A stretch of 64,000 nucleotides of DNA from Cyanobacteriota bacterium. GTDB taxonomy: Bacteria; Cyanobacteriota; Cyanobacteriia; Cyanobacteriales; Nostocaceae. The stretch lies in NCBI GenBank assembly GCA_046045965.1, contig JBJOKS010000003.1:1-64000 (forward strand). The letters run 5' to 3'. The position numbers were made by a program, and so were the translations under genes. Positions 1-9,810 of this stretch are shown here, piece by piece. Below the pieces are notes generated by a model. The model ran no database searches. It was given only the letters and a program-made list of their open reading frames with translations, and was not told where the DNA came from. Each line of letters begins with the position of its first letter. The stretch's first letter is position 1.

Positions 1-20
1 AAATTGAACATAAACAACTA

Positions 21-698
21 ATGCTAAGACTAATTACTGATTTTGATGGACCGATTATGGATGTTTCTGAACGGTACTATCAAGTTTATCAACTGTGTTT
101 GCAGAAAACCAGATATCCTGATCAAGCAGTGACAGAACTTTCTAAAGCGGAATTTTGGCAACTCAAGCGATCGCACACTCCTGAAAAACAAGTTGCTTTA
201 AAATCGGGTTTAAATGAAGAACAAGCGGAGGAATTTGCAAAAATTCGCAAACAAACCGTACACACACAACCCTATTTTCAGTATGATATTCTCGTTCCCG
301 GTGCGTTAGATGCTTTATCTAAAGTTCAACAAGCAGGAATTGATTTAGTTGTGATGACCATGCGCCGAGTGCGAGAATTAGACTATGCTGTTGATAAGTA
401 TAATTTAGGTGGATTTTTCCCAGAAAATCGTCGTTATTGTTTGAGTAACGACTATGTGAAAACCCGTGATATTGAAGATAAACCACTGTTGATGGCCAAA
501 GCTGTGAAAGAACTTTCCCCCGTTACTGAAACTTGGATGGTAGGAGATACAGAAGCTGATATCACAGCAGCAAAAAAACACGGTGTGAAGATGATAGCTG
601 TAGAAAGCGGAATTCGCGATCGCACTCAATTAGAACTTTATCAACCTGATTTAATTGTTCCAAATTTGAGTTCCGCTGTAGATTTAATTATCTCCTAA
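21..698 (+). CDS. HAD-superfamily hydrolase (phosphoglycolate phosphatase-like)
   Basis: N-terminal DFDG motif I and C-terminal MVGDTEAD motif IV. Confidence 0.85.
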   Translation: MLRLITDFDGPIMDVSERYYQVYQLCLQKTRYPDQAVTELSKAEFWQLKRSHTPEKQVALKSGLNEEQAEEFAKIRKQTVHTQPYFQYDILVPGALDALSKVQQAGIDLVVMTMRRVRELDYAVDKYNLGGFFPENRRYCLSNDYVKTRDIEDKPLLMAKAVKELSPVTETWMVGDTEADITAAKKHGVKMIAVESGIRDRTQLELYQPDLIVPNLSSAVDLIIS

Positions 699-779
699 TT
701 GCCTACAGTCTTAACCCTAAAAAGGCGACTGATACCCATTAAATTGGCAACTGTGCGTTATGGTAAATAACGCACTATA

Positions 780-884
780 TATAGCCGTAGACAGAGTAGT
801 TAGGACATCAATTAATCATGAAACTCTTACGAAAAGAGGGTTTTACTTCTGACCCCTGACTCCTGACTCCTGACTCCTGCTATA
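780..884. mobile_element. ~105 bp MITE-like dispersed element (TATAGC...GCTATA ends) with internal (CTCCTGA)n STRR
   Basis: Its reverse complement aligns along its length with 18287-18384; short terminal inverted repeat. Confidence 0.65.
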
Positions 885-1363
885 TAAGATTACAGACATT
901 ACTCCTGACTCCTGACTCCTGCTGTATCTTGTCAGACATAATGGCAGTCATTACGGCTGCTAATTTTCACTTATTTAGGAACATGGAATACTAAAATATT
1001 GGTTTAAAATCTTGCTAAATTGTCGCTAGTTAATTTTTATTCATCATCAAAATCTCCAAATCTAAATATATGGTGATTTTAAGTAATTTATGCCACTGTG
1101 AAAAGGAAGATAAGGGGAGATATAAAAAACACTATCCATTTATAAAATACTCCTGGTAAATGAAGATATTGCTTTTCCAAACAACTCCTAAATTCAAAAA
1201 ATACCTAGACAAAAACAGGCTAATTATGTCCAAATAAGCATCATTGAAGTCTTGATTAACTAGATTATCTTTGCCAACATAATAAATAAGATGATTTGAA
1301 AATCATTCAAAGTTCACCTCTAAGTTGTAGACAACTTACATAAAGATAAAGGAGAAAATTATC

Positions 1364-1579
1364 ATGGCTAATATCCAAATTTCTCAACTGCTTCCTGCTG
1401 GTTATGAACTATTTAATGACACTGCTAGTTTTCTGAATGAACTAGCTTCCCAGGAAATAGAAGCTGTTGTCGGTGGTAGTCATTCTTGCCATTCTCACCA
1501 TTACCATCATCACCATAAACACCATCATAAACACCACTCCCACAAAAACTACTCCCGTGATTATTCCTTTGGATGGTAG
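1364..1579 (+). CDS. Double-glycine leader precursor peptide with His-rich core
   Basis: AAGGAG RBS upstream; leader ...ELFNDTASFLNELASQEIEAVVGG followed by SHSCHSHHYHHHHKHHHKHHSHK... Confidence 0.75.
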   Translation: MANIQISQLLPAGYELFNDTASFLNELASQEIEAVVGGSHSCHSHHYHHHHKHHHKHHSHKNYSRDYSFGW

Positions 1580-1611
1580 TCAACAAAGACGTTAATAGAT
1601 AATCATTAAAT

Positions 1612-1648
1612 AATAGGGGAGAGTTATGGAAATTACTCCCCCCTTATT
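1612..1648. terminator. Hairpin, probable bidirectional terminator
   Basis: AATAGGGGAGAGT...ACTCCCCCTTATT imperfect inverted repeat between convergent genes. Confidence 0.5.
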
Positions 1649-1707
1649 TATTATAGATTTAATGTAGACAATATTGCTGCATCACCTGATCTTGGCAATA
1701 ATTGTGA

Positions 1708-2046
1708 TTATCTATTATACTTCCATAAATAACCCAATTGTAGATAATTTTTACGCCAGAGAATAGCAGCTAAATTAGTCAACAAACAAGTAATTGCTAA
1801 ACCCAGCAAAATAAAAGTCGGCAGCATCACCACACCAATACTAAACCAAGTATAAACGTGCAGTATCATTACAAAAGCAAATATACTAGCAAATCCAGCA
1901 GCTTGCCATATTTGCAATGTGGGACGGTTGATGAACGTGAGGATAATTGTCAACAATGTGGACAGGACATTTGCAGGTACAAGAAAAGCACAAATACCTG
2001 CACAGTTGGCGCGAGATAATTCAGATAAGGTGTTGAAATCGAGCAT
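1708..2046 (-). CDS. Hypothetical cyanobacterial membrane protein (about 3 TM)
   Basis: 112-aa ORF with three hydrophobic segments. Confidence 0.7.
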   Translation of the reverse strand: MLDFNTLSELSRANCAGICAFLVPANVLSTLLTIILTFINRPTLQIWQAAGFASIFAFVMILHVYTWFSIGVVMLPTFILLGLAITCLLTNLAAILWRKNYLQLGYLWKYNR

Positions 2047-2230
2047 TAATTTGTGGTAATTAAGATTAGCTTCTGATTACAAGTTTAACATTTATTTATT
2101 AACCTCAACTAACCTTAGCATAATAGTGAGTAATCACCTTGATTATTTTACATATTTTAAAGAATTCACTCAACTAAAAATCTGGAAATATATAATCACC
2201 AGATGGTGGACAATGCCCACCATTATTGAA

Positions 2231-2641
2231 TTAACCCATCAAAATCACAGTATCAATAACGTGAATGACACCATTATCAGCATCAATATCTGCTGCTAAA
2301 ACCGTGGCATTTTTCACCTCAAAACCATCCTCACAATTAATCTTAATCGGTGAACCTTCCACAGAAGTGACTGTACCCAGTTTTGCTAAATCAGCTTGGG
2401 TCAGCTTGCCCGGAACGACGTGATAGGTTAAAATTCTTGTTAACTGAGGAATATTCTGTAATAAAGTTGTAATTGTGCCTGGGGGTAACTTAGCAAAAGC
2501 CTCATCAGTGGGTGCAAAGACAGTGAAAGGACCTGGACTTTTTAGGGTTTCCACTAAACCAGCAGCTTGCACAGCAGCCACCAAAGTTGTAAACGAATCA
2601 TTACTAACTGCAATATCAACAATATCAGCCATTAATATCAC
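2231..2641 (-). CDS. Fasciclin (FAS1) domain protein; true start probably at MADIVD (~2632)
   Basis: [19 protein letters not shown] and [11 protein letters not shown]1 motifs. Confidence 0.92.
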   Translation of the reverse strand: MILMADIVDIAVSNDSFTTLVAAVQAAGLVETLKSPGPFTVFAPTDEAFAKLPPGTITTLLQNIPQLTRILTYHVVPGKLTQADLAKLGTVTSVEGSPIKINCEDGFEVKNATVLAADIDADNGVIHVIDTVILMG

Positions 2642-2753
2642 CTTATATCTGCCGAAAGTTCTAAAGAATAGTAAATCATGTTTAAGTTTTATTAATTTAA
2701 AATTCTGCTAAAATATCTCTTTATGATTTTTGTAAGATTATTTTATAGATGAA

Positions 2754-3692
2754 ATGGGCAATTTAAGTTATGCAATTCTGGGAACTGGTGCATTAGGCGG
2801 CTTTTATGGCGCTAAACTGCAAAAAGCTGGTAATAAAGTCCACTTTTTACTCAAAAGTGATTATACAGAAGTAAGTGAACATGGTTTAGTCGTTGAGTCT
2901 AAAGACGGTAACTTTAACCTCCCCCAAGTTCAAGCATACAACGATGTAGAAAAAATGCCCCGTTGTGATGTGGTGGTAGTAGCATTGAAAACTACGCAAA
3001 ACCATTTACTACCGCAGATATTACCACCAGTAATTAAAGATAATGGAGTAGTATTAGTATTGCAAAATGGCTTGGATATAGAAGCAGAAGTTGCTCAAAT
3101 TGTTGGTAATACCAGAGTTATAGGTGGTTTATGTTTTCTTTGTTCGAACAAAGTTGGTGCTGGACATATCCGCCATTTAGACTATGGAAAAATTACCCTG
3201 GGAGAATATGCCTCTAATTATCATCCTGCGGGAATTACAGACAAAATGCGCGCAATTGCCGATGATTTTCAAAATGCTGGCATTGCGATGGAATTAACAG
3301 AAGATTTATTATTAGGACGTTGGCAAAAACTGGTTTGGAATATCCCCTACAATGGGTTATCTGTAATTCTTAATGCCACAACAGATGAATTAATGGCAAA
3401 TCTGTACACTCGTACTTTAGTGAAAAACTTAATGGATGAAGTACAATTAGGTGCAAAAAGTACAGGTCGCATAATTCCTGACAGTTTCATTGAAACAATG
3501 TTGGATTACACTGTAAAAATGAAACCCTACCGCACCAGCATGAAAATTGATTTTGATGAATATCGTCCTTTAGAAGTAGAAGCAATTTTTGGCAACCCAA
3601 TCAGAACAGCAGCAGCAAATGATATAAGTTTACCGCTGATTCGTTGTTTATATCAACAGTTGAAATTTTTGGATAGAAGAAACAGAAGTTAG
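2754..3692 (+). CDS. panE: Putative 2-dehydropantoate 2-reductase (ketopantoate reductase family)
   Basis: GTGALG Rossmann motif, LQNG, W.KL.WN, TSM..D and E.EAI.G motifs. Confidence 0.85.
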   Translation: MGNLSYAILGTGALGGFYGAKLQKAGNKVHFLLKSDYTEVSEHGLVVESKDGNFNLPQVQAYNDVEKMPRCDVVVVALKTTQNHLLPQILPPVIKDNGVVLVLQNGLDIEAEVAQIVGNTRVIGGLCFLCSNKVGAGHIRHLDYGKITLGEYASNYHPAGITDKMRAIADDFQNAGIAMELTEDLLLGRWQKLVWNIPYNGLSVILNATTDELMANLYTRTLVKNLMDEVQLGAKSTGRIIPDSFIETMLDYTVKMKPYRTSMKIDFDEYRPLEVEAIFGNPIRTAAANDISLPLIRCLYQQLKFLDRRNRS

Positions 3693-3828
3693 GTGACAGG
3701 TGATAGGTGACAGGTGACAGTGAAAAGGACAAGGAGCTTTCGAGAAGGGAGAAAGGGGGAAACTCTTCTCTTCTGCACCCCGCACCCCGCCCCTGCTTCT
3801 TCTGACTTCTGACTCCTGAATTCTTACA

Positions 3829-4553
3829 TTAAACTTTCAAATCATTATCATTATTTACCTCTGAAACTAAAGATTTAATTCCATCTAAAGTTGCGGGAAT
3901 AGTGCGGGGGTCCATAAACCAAACTTTACTGCTTTCACTACTACCAATTTGCAACCCCATTTCTAAATAACTTTGCGCCAATAAATATTGTAAAGCTGTT
4001 GCACTAGCGGGATCTTCTTTGAGTTTTTTCGCAATGATATCCATAGCTTCTGCTTTTGCTGTGGCTTTTAATACTTGCTGTTGTTTTTGAGATTGTGCAT
4101 CTAAAATTGCCACCTTTTGACGTGCTTCTGCGGCGATAATTTGGGCTTCTGCTTCTCCTCTAGCTGTGTTAATTGCAGACTCTCTTTCTCCTTCTGATGT
4201 TAAAATTGCCGCTTGTTTTTTCCGTTCTGCGGACATTTGTAATTCCATCGCTCCTTGCACTGTTTTAGAAGGAACAATATCCCTCAATTCTACTCTTCTC
4301 ACCTTCACACCCCAAGGTTCAGTAGAAATATCCAGTTCGCGCAATAGCATTGCCATAAAATAATAGATTGAAATATTGCACCTGCTCCCATAGATAAAGG
4401 AATAAATCGGAAGTTAGGAGGAACTTTTCTTAAAAAAAGCAAATCTCCGATAATTAAAACCAGTCCACTGATAAACCAAAACCAGGGAGGAGTGAAAACA
4501 AAAAAAGGTTGGTTGGTTACTGCAAACGTGGGTAAAAATATATGAAATAACAC
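3829..4553 (-). pseudogene. Deletion-fused remnant: 5' part of an NfeD-like gene joined to the 3' half of an SPFH/stomatin gene
   Basis: 3829-4356 encodes only the SPFH C-terminal half ([19 protein letters not shown]...[15 protein letters not shown]). 4305-4553 encodes a PPWFWFISGLVLII NfeD-like N-terminus that runs out of frame into it. Confidence 0.7.
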
Positions 4554-4636
4554 ATTTCTCTCCTTTTAATTATTTATAGGTAATGGGAAGTGAGAAGACA
4601 ATTAATCATTAATAATTACGAATTACCCATCAAATA

Positions 4637-6178
4637 TTATTCAGAATAATCACCACCAGAACCAAACTTCCAGCTATCTACTAAACGATGCCAATAATAT
4701 TGTTTATCTCTTGGGAGATTATTAACTAACGGTTCTAACATAGAACTGACAGAAAATAGAAGACTAAAAACACATAAATTTACATAATGTACCATCCAGT
4801 CTATTAAACTTAATAAACCAACTTGGGGAATGATTTTAGCAACCAAAACAGGATGAGAAAAACCTGTTTTTAACAAAGTTTGCGTTAAGGCTTTAAACTG
4901 CACAATATCTTGTAAAAAAGGCTTGAAAACAGGTGTTCCTAATTTTTGCATTTCTGCAAACACAGCCGAGAGAAGTTGGTTAATTTGCTGGGGAGGAATT
5001 TGTTGATTTACTCCCACACTCATAGCCTTCTGAAATAACCAAGTTACACTCAAACTAGGTTGATATGGTTGAAGTATAGTTAAAGCAGAAACTGATAATT
5101 GATTTGTTTTTAATGCTTCCTCAATTCCCAAAGTTAATCTTTCTAAATGACGCACCATTGCACCAAAACCGCCAAAACTTAAAGGTGATTGATTTCCGCT
5201 ACTATCTCCCACTGGTAAAATACGATTCCAAGGAGTTTGTAAAGGACTTTGGCGATAACTAGGAAAGAAACCAAACAAGGCTCGTTTAAAATTTAATTGA
5301 CTAATTTCCACACCTTGATATTCTGGTAAAAGGCGTAAATATTCCTCAAATAAATTTTCTAAACTCAAGCGTTCTGGTTCTGCATCCATATAGGTAAATA
5401 AATAAGTTGTTCTTCCATCCTTAGCTGGAAAAGCTTCCCAAAAGTATTGACATTGATTTTTTAAAGCAGTGAAAGATAACAACAAATCCCCAGAATCGTT
5501 TTTCGGAAAACCTGAAGCACAACTTCCGACAACTAAACAAAGTGCATCTGGTTTTTTCCCTTGACGTGCTTGTTTACTAATAGGTGAAAGATGTCCCATT
5601 GCATCAAGTAATAATCTGGCTTTAAATTGGTTGTTTACCATTACCCCATCAGGGTGAACCACTGCTTCGCTAAAAGGTGTATTTTCAAATAACTTTCCTC
5701 CAGCAGCGAGAAAGCGAGTTTTTAAAGTTTCTAATAGATAAACAGGATCAACACCAATATTGAGGACATCTTCTACCCAAACTTCTGTACCACCTTGAAA
5801 GCTGACTCGTGCGGGGTTATATTCGGTGACTATGGTTGTTTGTAATTCTGTTTCTGTTAATAAGTCTAGTTCTAAAAACACTGACAACTCTTTGCGGGAA
5901 ATATTCCATTCTTGTTCTCTCCCTTGCAAAATTCCTCTTTCTAATAATGCTACCCGCACACCACGCACAGCTAAAGCACAACCTATTAAAATTCCTAATG
6001 TTCCACCGCAGATGATTACATCCCAGTCTACAGAATTTAAAGGTTCGGGGTTTTGTTTGACTACTTCTGTGATGGTTTGCTTGTCGGTTCGCAGAGATGT
6101 TAATATTTGGTCGGTGCGACGTAAATTGTTTAATACATTTCCGGGAAGTTGGGAAAGAATTTCTTCTGTTAAAGTCAT
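4637..6178 (-). CDS. cruP: FAD-dependent oxidoreductase, CruA/CruP lycopene cyclase family
   Basis: DVIICGGTLG, REQEWNISR, QYFWEAFP and GDSSG.QSPLSFGGFG; 513 aa fits the CruP paralogue. Confidence 0.7.
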   Translation of the reverse strand: MTLTEEILSQLPGNVLNNLRRTDQILTSLRTDKQTITEVVKQNPEPLNSVDWDVIICGGTLGILIGCALAVRGVRVALLERGILQGREQEWNISRKELSVFLELDLLTETELQTTIVTEYNPARVSFQGGTEVWVEDVLNIGVDPVYLLETLKTRFLAAGGKLFENTPFSEAVVHPDGVMVNNQFKARLLLDAMGHLSPISKQARQGKKPDALCLVVGSCASGFPKNDSGDLLLSFTALKNQCQYFWEAFPAKDGRTTYLFTYMDAEPERLSLENLFEEYLRLLPEYQGVEISQLNFKRALFGFFPSYRQSPLQTPWNRILPVGDSSGNQSPLSFGGFGAMVRHLERLTLGIEEALKTNQLSVSALTILQPYQPSLSVTWLFQKAMSVGVNQQIPPQQINQLLSAVFAEMQKLGTPVFKPFLQDIVQFKALTQTLLKTGFSHPVLVAKIIPQVGLLSLIDWMVHYVNLCVFSLLFSVSSMLEPLVNNLPRDKQYYWHRLVDSWKFGSGGDYSE

Positions 6179-6352
6179 GATGGTTAATTTTATCTAAATC
6201 AGGATTTACAGGATGTTGTTTATATCTAAACATTATATATCTATTTTTTAGAGAAACGAACCGCAGAGGCGCAGAGGACACAGAGAAAAACAGAAAATAT
6301 CTTCCTTTTCTTCTTTTTCTTCTTTGCGTCTTTGCGTGAGATAAAATCTTAA

Positions 6353-6565
6353 TTTGTCAGAATCAGGATGTCCAGGATTTTAGGATTTACAGGATGTTAT
6401 TGAAAGTTTGATTTTTGGGATGTGAGGATTTTTGGATGTTATCTAAATTATGATTGAGATAATTTTGAAAAGATGCGGTTTTTGGATGAGTCTGAAAATA
6501 GATGATAGTTCATCAAATAAAAATCCTGTAAATCCTCAAATCCTGTAAATCCTGATTCTGACAAA
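6353..6565. repeat. ~210 bp element bounded by ~43 bp inverted repeats built from AGGATTTAC units (MITE-like)
   Basis: TTTGTCAGAATCAGGAT...AGGATTTACAGGAT at left; reverse complement ATCCTGTAAATCCT...ATCCTGATTCTGACAAA at right. Confidence 0.7.
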
Positions 6566-6587
6566 TAAACATCCTAAAAATTCTGAT

Positions 6588-7784
6588 TCAGACAACATCC
6601 ATTCTTTTCCAAATCAATTCCCTGGTGTTTTCATCCCAAGACCAACGCAATAAACTAGCAATTTGATTAGGCGAAATTGTGGGTAAATTGATCGCTTTTC
6701 TGGGTGCATCTGTAGCTAAGAAAATGGCTGTTTCTACATCACAAATTCCCCATTTGACTAAGTTCTGCACTCCTGTTAATAAAGGAAAAGTTGTACCGGA
6801 TAATGTCCCATCTGCTAATCTGGCTGTGCCGTTTTTAACGGTTATTTTCCGATCATCCCAAGGATACACACCATCTGGTAATCCTAACGGTGCTAAGGCA
6901 TCACTGACAAGAAATAAACCCTTACTCGCACGCAAAAGAATTTCTAACATGATGGGGACTACGTGCTGTCCATCAGCAATAAAACTACACATCACGTCGG
7001 GATGGTTCATTGCTGCACCTAATAATCCCGGTTCGCGGTGATGTAATGGTGGCATGGCATTAAAAGCATGAGTTACCATTGTGGCACCGGCATCAAATGC
7101 TTGTTGTGCTTGTGTTGCTGTGGCTTGGGAATGTCCTAAACTGACGGTGATACCCAAAGAATGCAAATAGGGGATAACTTCACCTGTAGGATCTAATTCT
7201 GGTGCTAGGGTGATAACTTTGATAAGTGAGGCATAATCACCTAATACCCGCTTGACTTCGTTCATGGTCAGGGGTAATAAATATTCTGCGGGATGTGCGC
7301 CTCGTTTACCATAATTCAAAAATGGTCCTTCGAGATGAACTCCGAGTATTTTAGCGCCGGATTTTTGATTATAGTTGGAGATGAGAGAGAGCGATCGCTG
7401 GATATTTTCTACAGAAGTCGTCACCAGGGTTGGTAAATAACCATCAACTCCTGCATCCCATAAAAACTGGGATATTTCTTCTAACCTATGGATGTTTTTT
7501 TCCGTCAACTCAGGAAAAGCTAAACCTAGTCCCCCATTAATTTGGATATCAACTCCACCGAAAGATATCCAATCTCCAGCAACATCCAAAATTTGTAAAT
7601 CTGGTGGTGAATTTCGTTGACAAACTCTGCCCATTGGCAAAATTTGCTCAATTATACCATCTTCATTGACCCAAATCATCTGCAAATCTTGATAACCGGG
7701 TACTTTTGCATTGATAATATCGACGTTAGACAGGATGGGATTTGGTGTTGCTTTGGTCATTACCCTAGCCAGAAACAGCTGCAT
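6588..7784 (-). CDS. nagA: N-acetylglucosamine-6-phosphate deacetylase; start may be ~7760
   Basis: GVHLEGPF, RGAHP, TLAPE, LGHS, THAFNAM and IADG.H motifs. Confidence 0.92.
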   Translation of the reverse strand: MQLFLARVMTKATPNPILSNVDIINAKVPGYQDLQMIWVNEDGIIEQILPMGRVCQRNSPPDLQILDVAGDWISFGGVDIQINGGLGLAFPELTEKNIHRLEEISQFLWDAGVDGYLPTLVTTSVENIQRSLSLISNYNQKSGAKILGVHLEGPFLNYGKRGAHPAEYLLPLTMNEVKRVLGDYASLIKVITLAPELDPTGEVIPYLHSLGITVSLGHSQATATQAQQAFDAGATMVTHAFNAMPPLHHREPGLLGAAMNHPDVMCSFIADGQHVVPIMLEILLRASKGLFLVSDALAPLGLPDGVYPWDDRKITVKNGTARLADGTLSGTTFPLLTGVQNLVKWGICDVETAIFLATDAPRKAINLPTISPNQIASLLRWSWDENTRELIWKRMDVV

Positions 7785-7830
7785 CTCAACCGATTGTAGA
7801 TGGAAAAACTAGCAATTCAACTAAAATTGT

Positions 7831-8349
7831 ATGAGTCTTGAAATTGGTATTATCATGGGCAGTGATTCCGATTTGCCTACTATGAAAGAGGCGATCGCTG
7901 TTTGTGAGGAATTTGGCATAGAATCCGAGGTAGCTATTGTATCTGCCCATCGTACCCCACAACGCATGGTGGAATATGCCCAAACCGCACACCAACGCGG
8001 TATCAAAGTCATTATTGCTGGTGCTGGTGGTGCTGCCCATCTGCCTGGTATGGTAGCATCTTTAACCCCCCTACCTGTAATTGGTGTTCCCGTCGCTACT
8101 CGCAATTTACAAGGTGTAGATTCTTTATATTCTATTGTGCAGATGCCAGCAGGTATTCCCGTCGCTACAGTGGCTATTGGTAATGCTAAAAATGCCGGAC
8201 TCTTAGCTGTGCAGATCCTCGCTACTCACCAACCAGAACTGCTGCAAAAAGTCCAAGCATACCGTCAAAGCTTATGTGATATGGTGATGGACAAACAAAG
8301 CAAATTAGCAGAATTGGGTTATAAGGAATATTTACAACAGATGTTTTAA
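7831..8349 (+). CDS. purE: N5-CAIR mutase
   Basis: [25 protein letters not shown] and VQMP.G.PVATV. Confidence 0.97.
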   Translation: MSLEIGIIMGSDSDLPTMKEAIAVCEEFGIESEVAIVSAHRTPQRMVEYAQTAHQRGIKVIIAGAGGAAHLPGMVASLTPLPVIGVPVATRNLQGVDSLYSIVQMPAGIPVATVAIGNAKNAGLLAVQILATHQPELLQKVQAYRQSLCDMVMDKQSKLAELGYKEYLQQMF

Positions 8350-8350
8350 A

Positions 8351-8466
8351 GCGAATATAATTCACTACTACACAAGCCAAGTCCACCGGCGTGGACTAAC
8401 GAAAAATCAAGGGTTTTAAACCCACGGAGGTGGGTTTTGTCTGTGTAGCCGCGACTTCTAGTCGCC
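8351..8466 (-). repeat. REP-like multi-hairpin dispersed repeat, copy 1
   Basis: Reverse complement matches 32134-32250 and 61643-61718; GTAG flanks and CCAC.N.GTGG hairpins. Confidence 0.75.
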
Positions 8467-8478
8467 AGGGCTTTTTAT

Positions 8479-9171
8479 TTAAGATTTATGCTGATTAATA
8501 GCATAATTCATAAAAATAATTTGTTCTGCATGAAATGATGGTGGCATTAAGCTGTGAATTCTATGATCCAGTCCATCGTGCATCACATCAGTTGGTAAAT
8601 TAGAATGGTCTAAACCTAAAGTGTGTCCAATTTCATGGGTGATAGTATTAGCAATTAAATTAGATAATTGTTCTAAATTCAAATCAGCACAATAGGAAGC
8701 ATGAAGTATTTGATCTATCCGCACAGCCGCAATATTTGTCACTTGACCAGGACTAAAACTAGCAATTCCTAAATAGTCAACTGGTTGGTGATGAAATAGT
8801 ACCTGAACATGAGTAAAGTTTTGTTTCCACTCTCTTTGATCAGGAGGTTCTGATGTCAAAAACACATTCACACTTCTAAAAGCACTAAAAACTTTAGATA
8901 AAGCATCTTCCATTAATTTGATCAAGGTGCTTTTTTCTTCAACACCGAACATAATAGCTGAAATATCAACCCAGATACAATGACGAGTTTTTTGGGTATT
9001 TTCAGCAAGTAACCGACTACAAAATGGGCATACTTGCCAATTCATTTGAATCAGAGAACGGCAACCTTGACAGCGTGGTTTTACTGGTCTTTCCAGGTTG
9101 ATCCGTTCCCAAATTGGAACTCGTAACTTACGATTTTGTTTTTTGAGATTCAGGCGATCGTAAAGTGACAT
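8479..9171 (-). CDS. Zinc-ribbon plus matrixin-like (metzincin) metalloprotease
   Basis: CQGC...CPFC near the N-terminus; HEIGHTLGLDH zinc motif followed by Met-turn DVM. Confidence 0.85.
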   Translation of the reverse strand: MSLYDRLNLKKQNRKLRVPIWERINLERPVKPRCQGCRSLIQMNWQVCPFCSRLLAENTQKTRHCIWVDISAIMFGVEEKSTLIKLMEDALSKVFSAFRSVNVFLTSEPPDQREWKQNFTHVQVLFHHQPVDYLGIASFSPGQVTNIAAVRIDQILHASYCADLNLEQLSNLIANTITHEIGHTLGLDHSNLPTDVMHDGLDHRIHSLMPPSFHAEQIIFMNYAINQHKS

Positions 9172-9183
9172 TATTCCTTAAAT

Positions 9184-9786
9184 TTAACAGTATGATTGCA
9201 CCAATTCTCCTAAACCATTGACACTGACACCATTGCCAACAGCCGCCATTTTCCACTCATTATTGTGCCGATAAAGTTCAGCTAAAACCATTCCTGTCAT
9301 ACCATTGTACTCTTTTCCAGAAAGATTATATCGAGCTAGTTCTTTGTTGTTAGCAACATTAACCAAACGCACAAAGGCATTTTCAACTTGGCTAAAGTCT
9401 TGTTTGCGGGTAATACATTCGTAAATATTAATCACGAATACCAACTTAGCAATTTCCGTAGGTATGCGGAGTAAATCAATAATAATTACCTCATCATCAC
9501 CATCACCTGCACCAGTTAAATTATCTCCTGTGTGAGTAATTCCTCCTGAAGAATGCTGGAGATTCCCAAAGTAAATAATATTCCCTTTATCTGTTAATTT
9601 TCCATTGCTATCCAGACAGATCACAGAAGCATCTAGATCATACTCATGACCACCACCGAAATTTCTAAAAAATCCGCCACCCGAACGTTTTGCGACATCC
9701 CAGCCCAGTCCACACATCATTTTAGTCAGACCGGGAGCTTCTTTAGAAAGTGATATTCTCTGTCCTTTCTGTAGATTAATTGCCAT
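9184..9786 (-). CDS. terD: TerD-family protein
   Basis: MAINLQKGQRISL, GLGWD, DLDAS and [13 protein letters not shown]. Confidence 0.9.
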   Translation of the reverse strand: MAINLQKGQRISLSKEAPGLTKMMCGLGWDVAKRSGGGFFRNFGGGHEYDLDASVICLDSNGKLTDKGNIIYFGNLQHSSGGITHTGDNLTGAGDGDDEVIIIDLLRIPTEIAKLVFVINIYECITRKQDFSQVENAFVRLVNVANNKELARYNLSGKEYNGMTGMVLAELYRHNNEWKMAAVGNGVSVNGLGELVQSYC

Positions 9787-9810
9787 GATAATTGACTCCT
9801 ATATTTTCTC

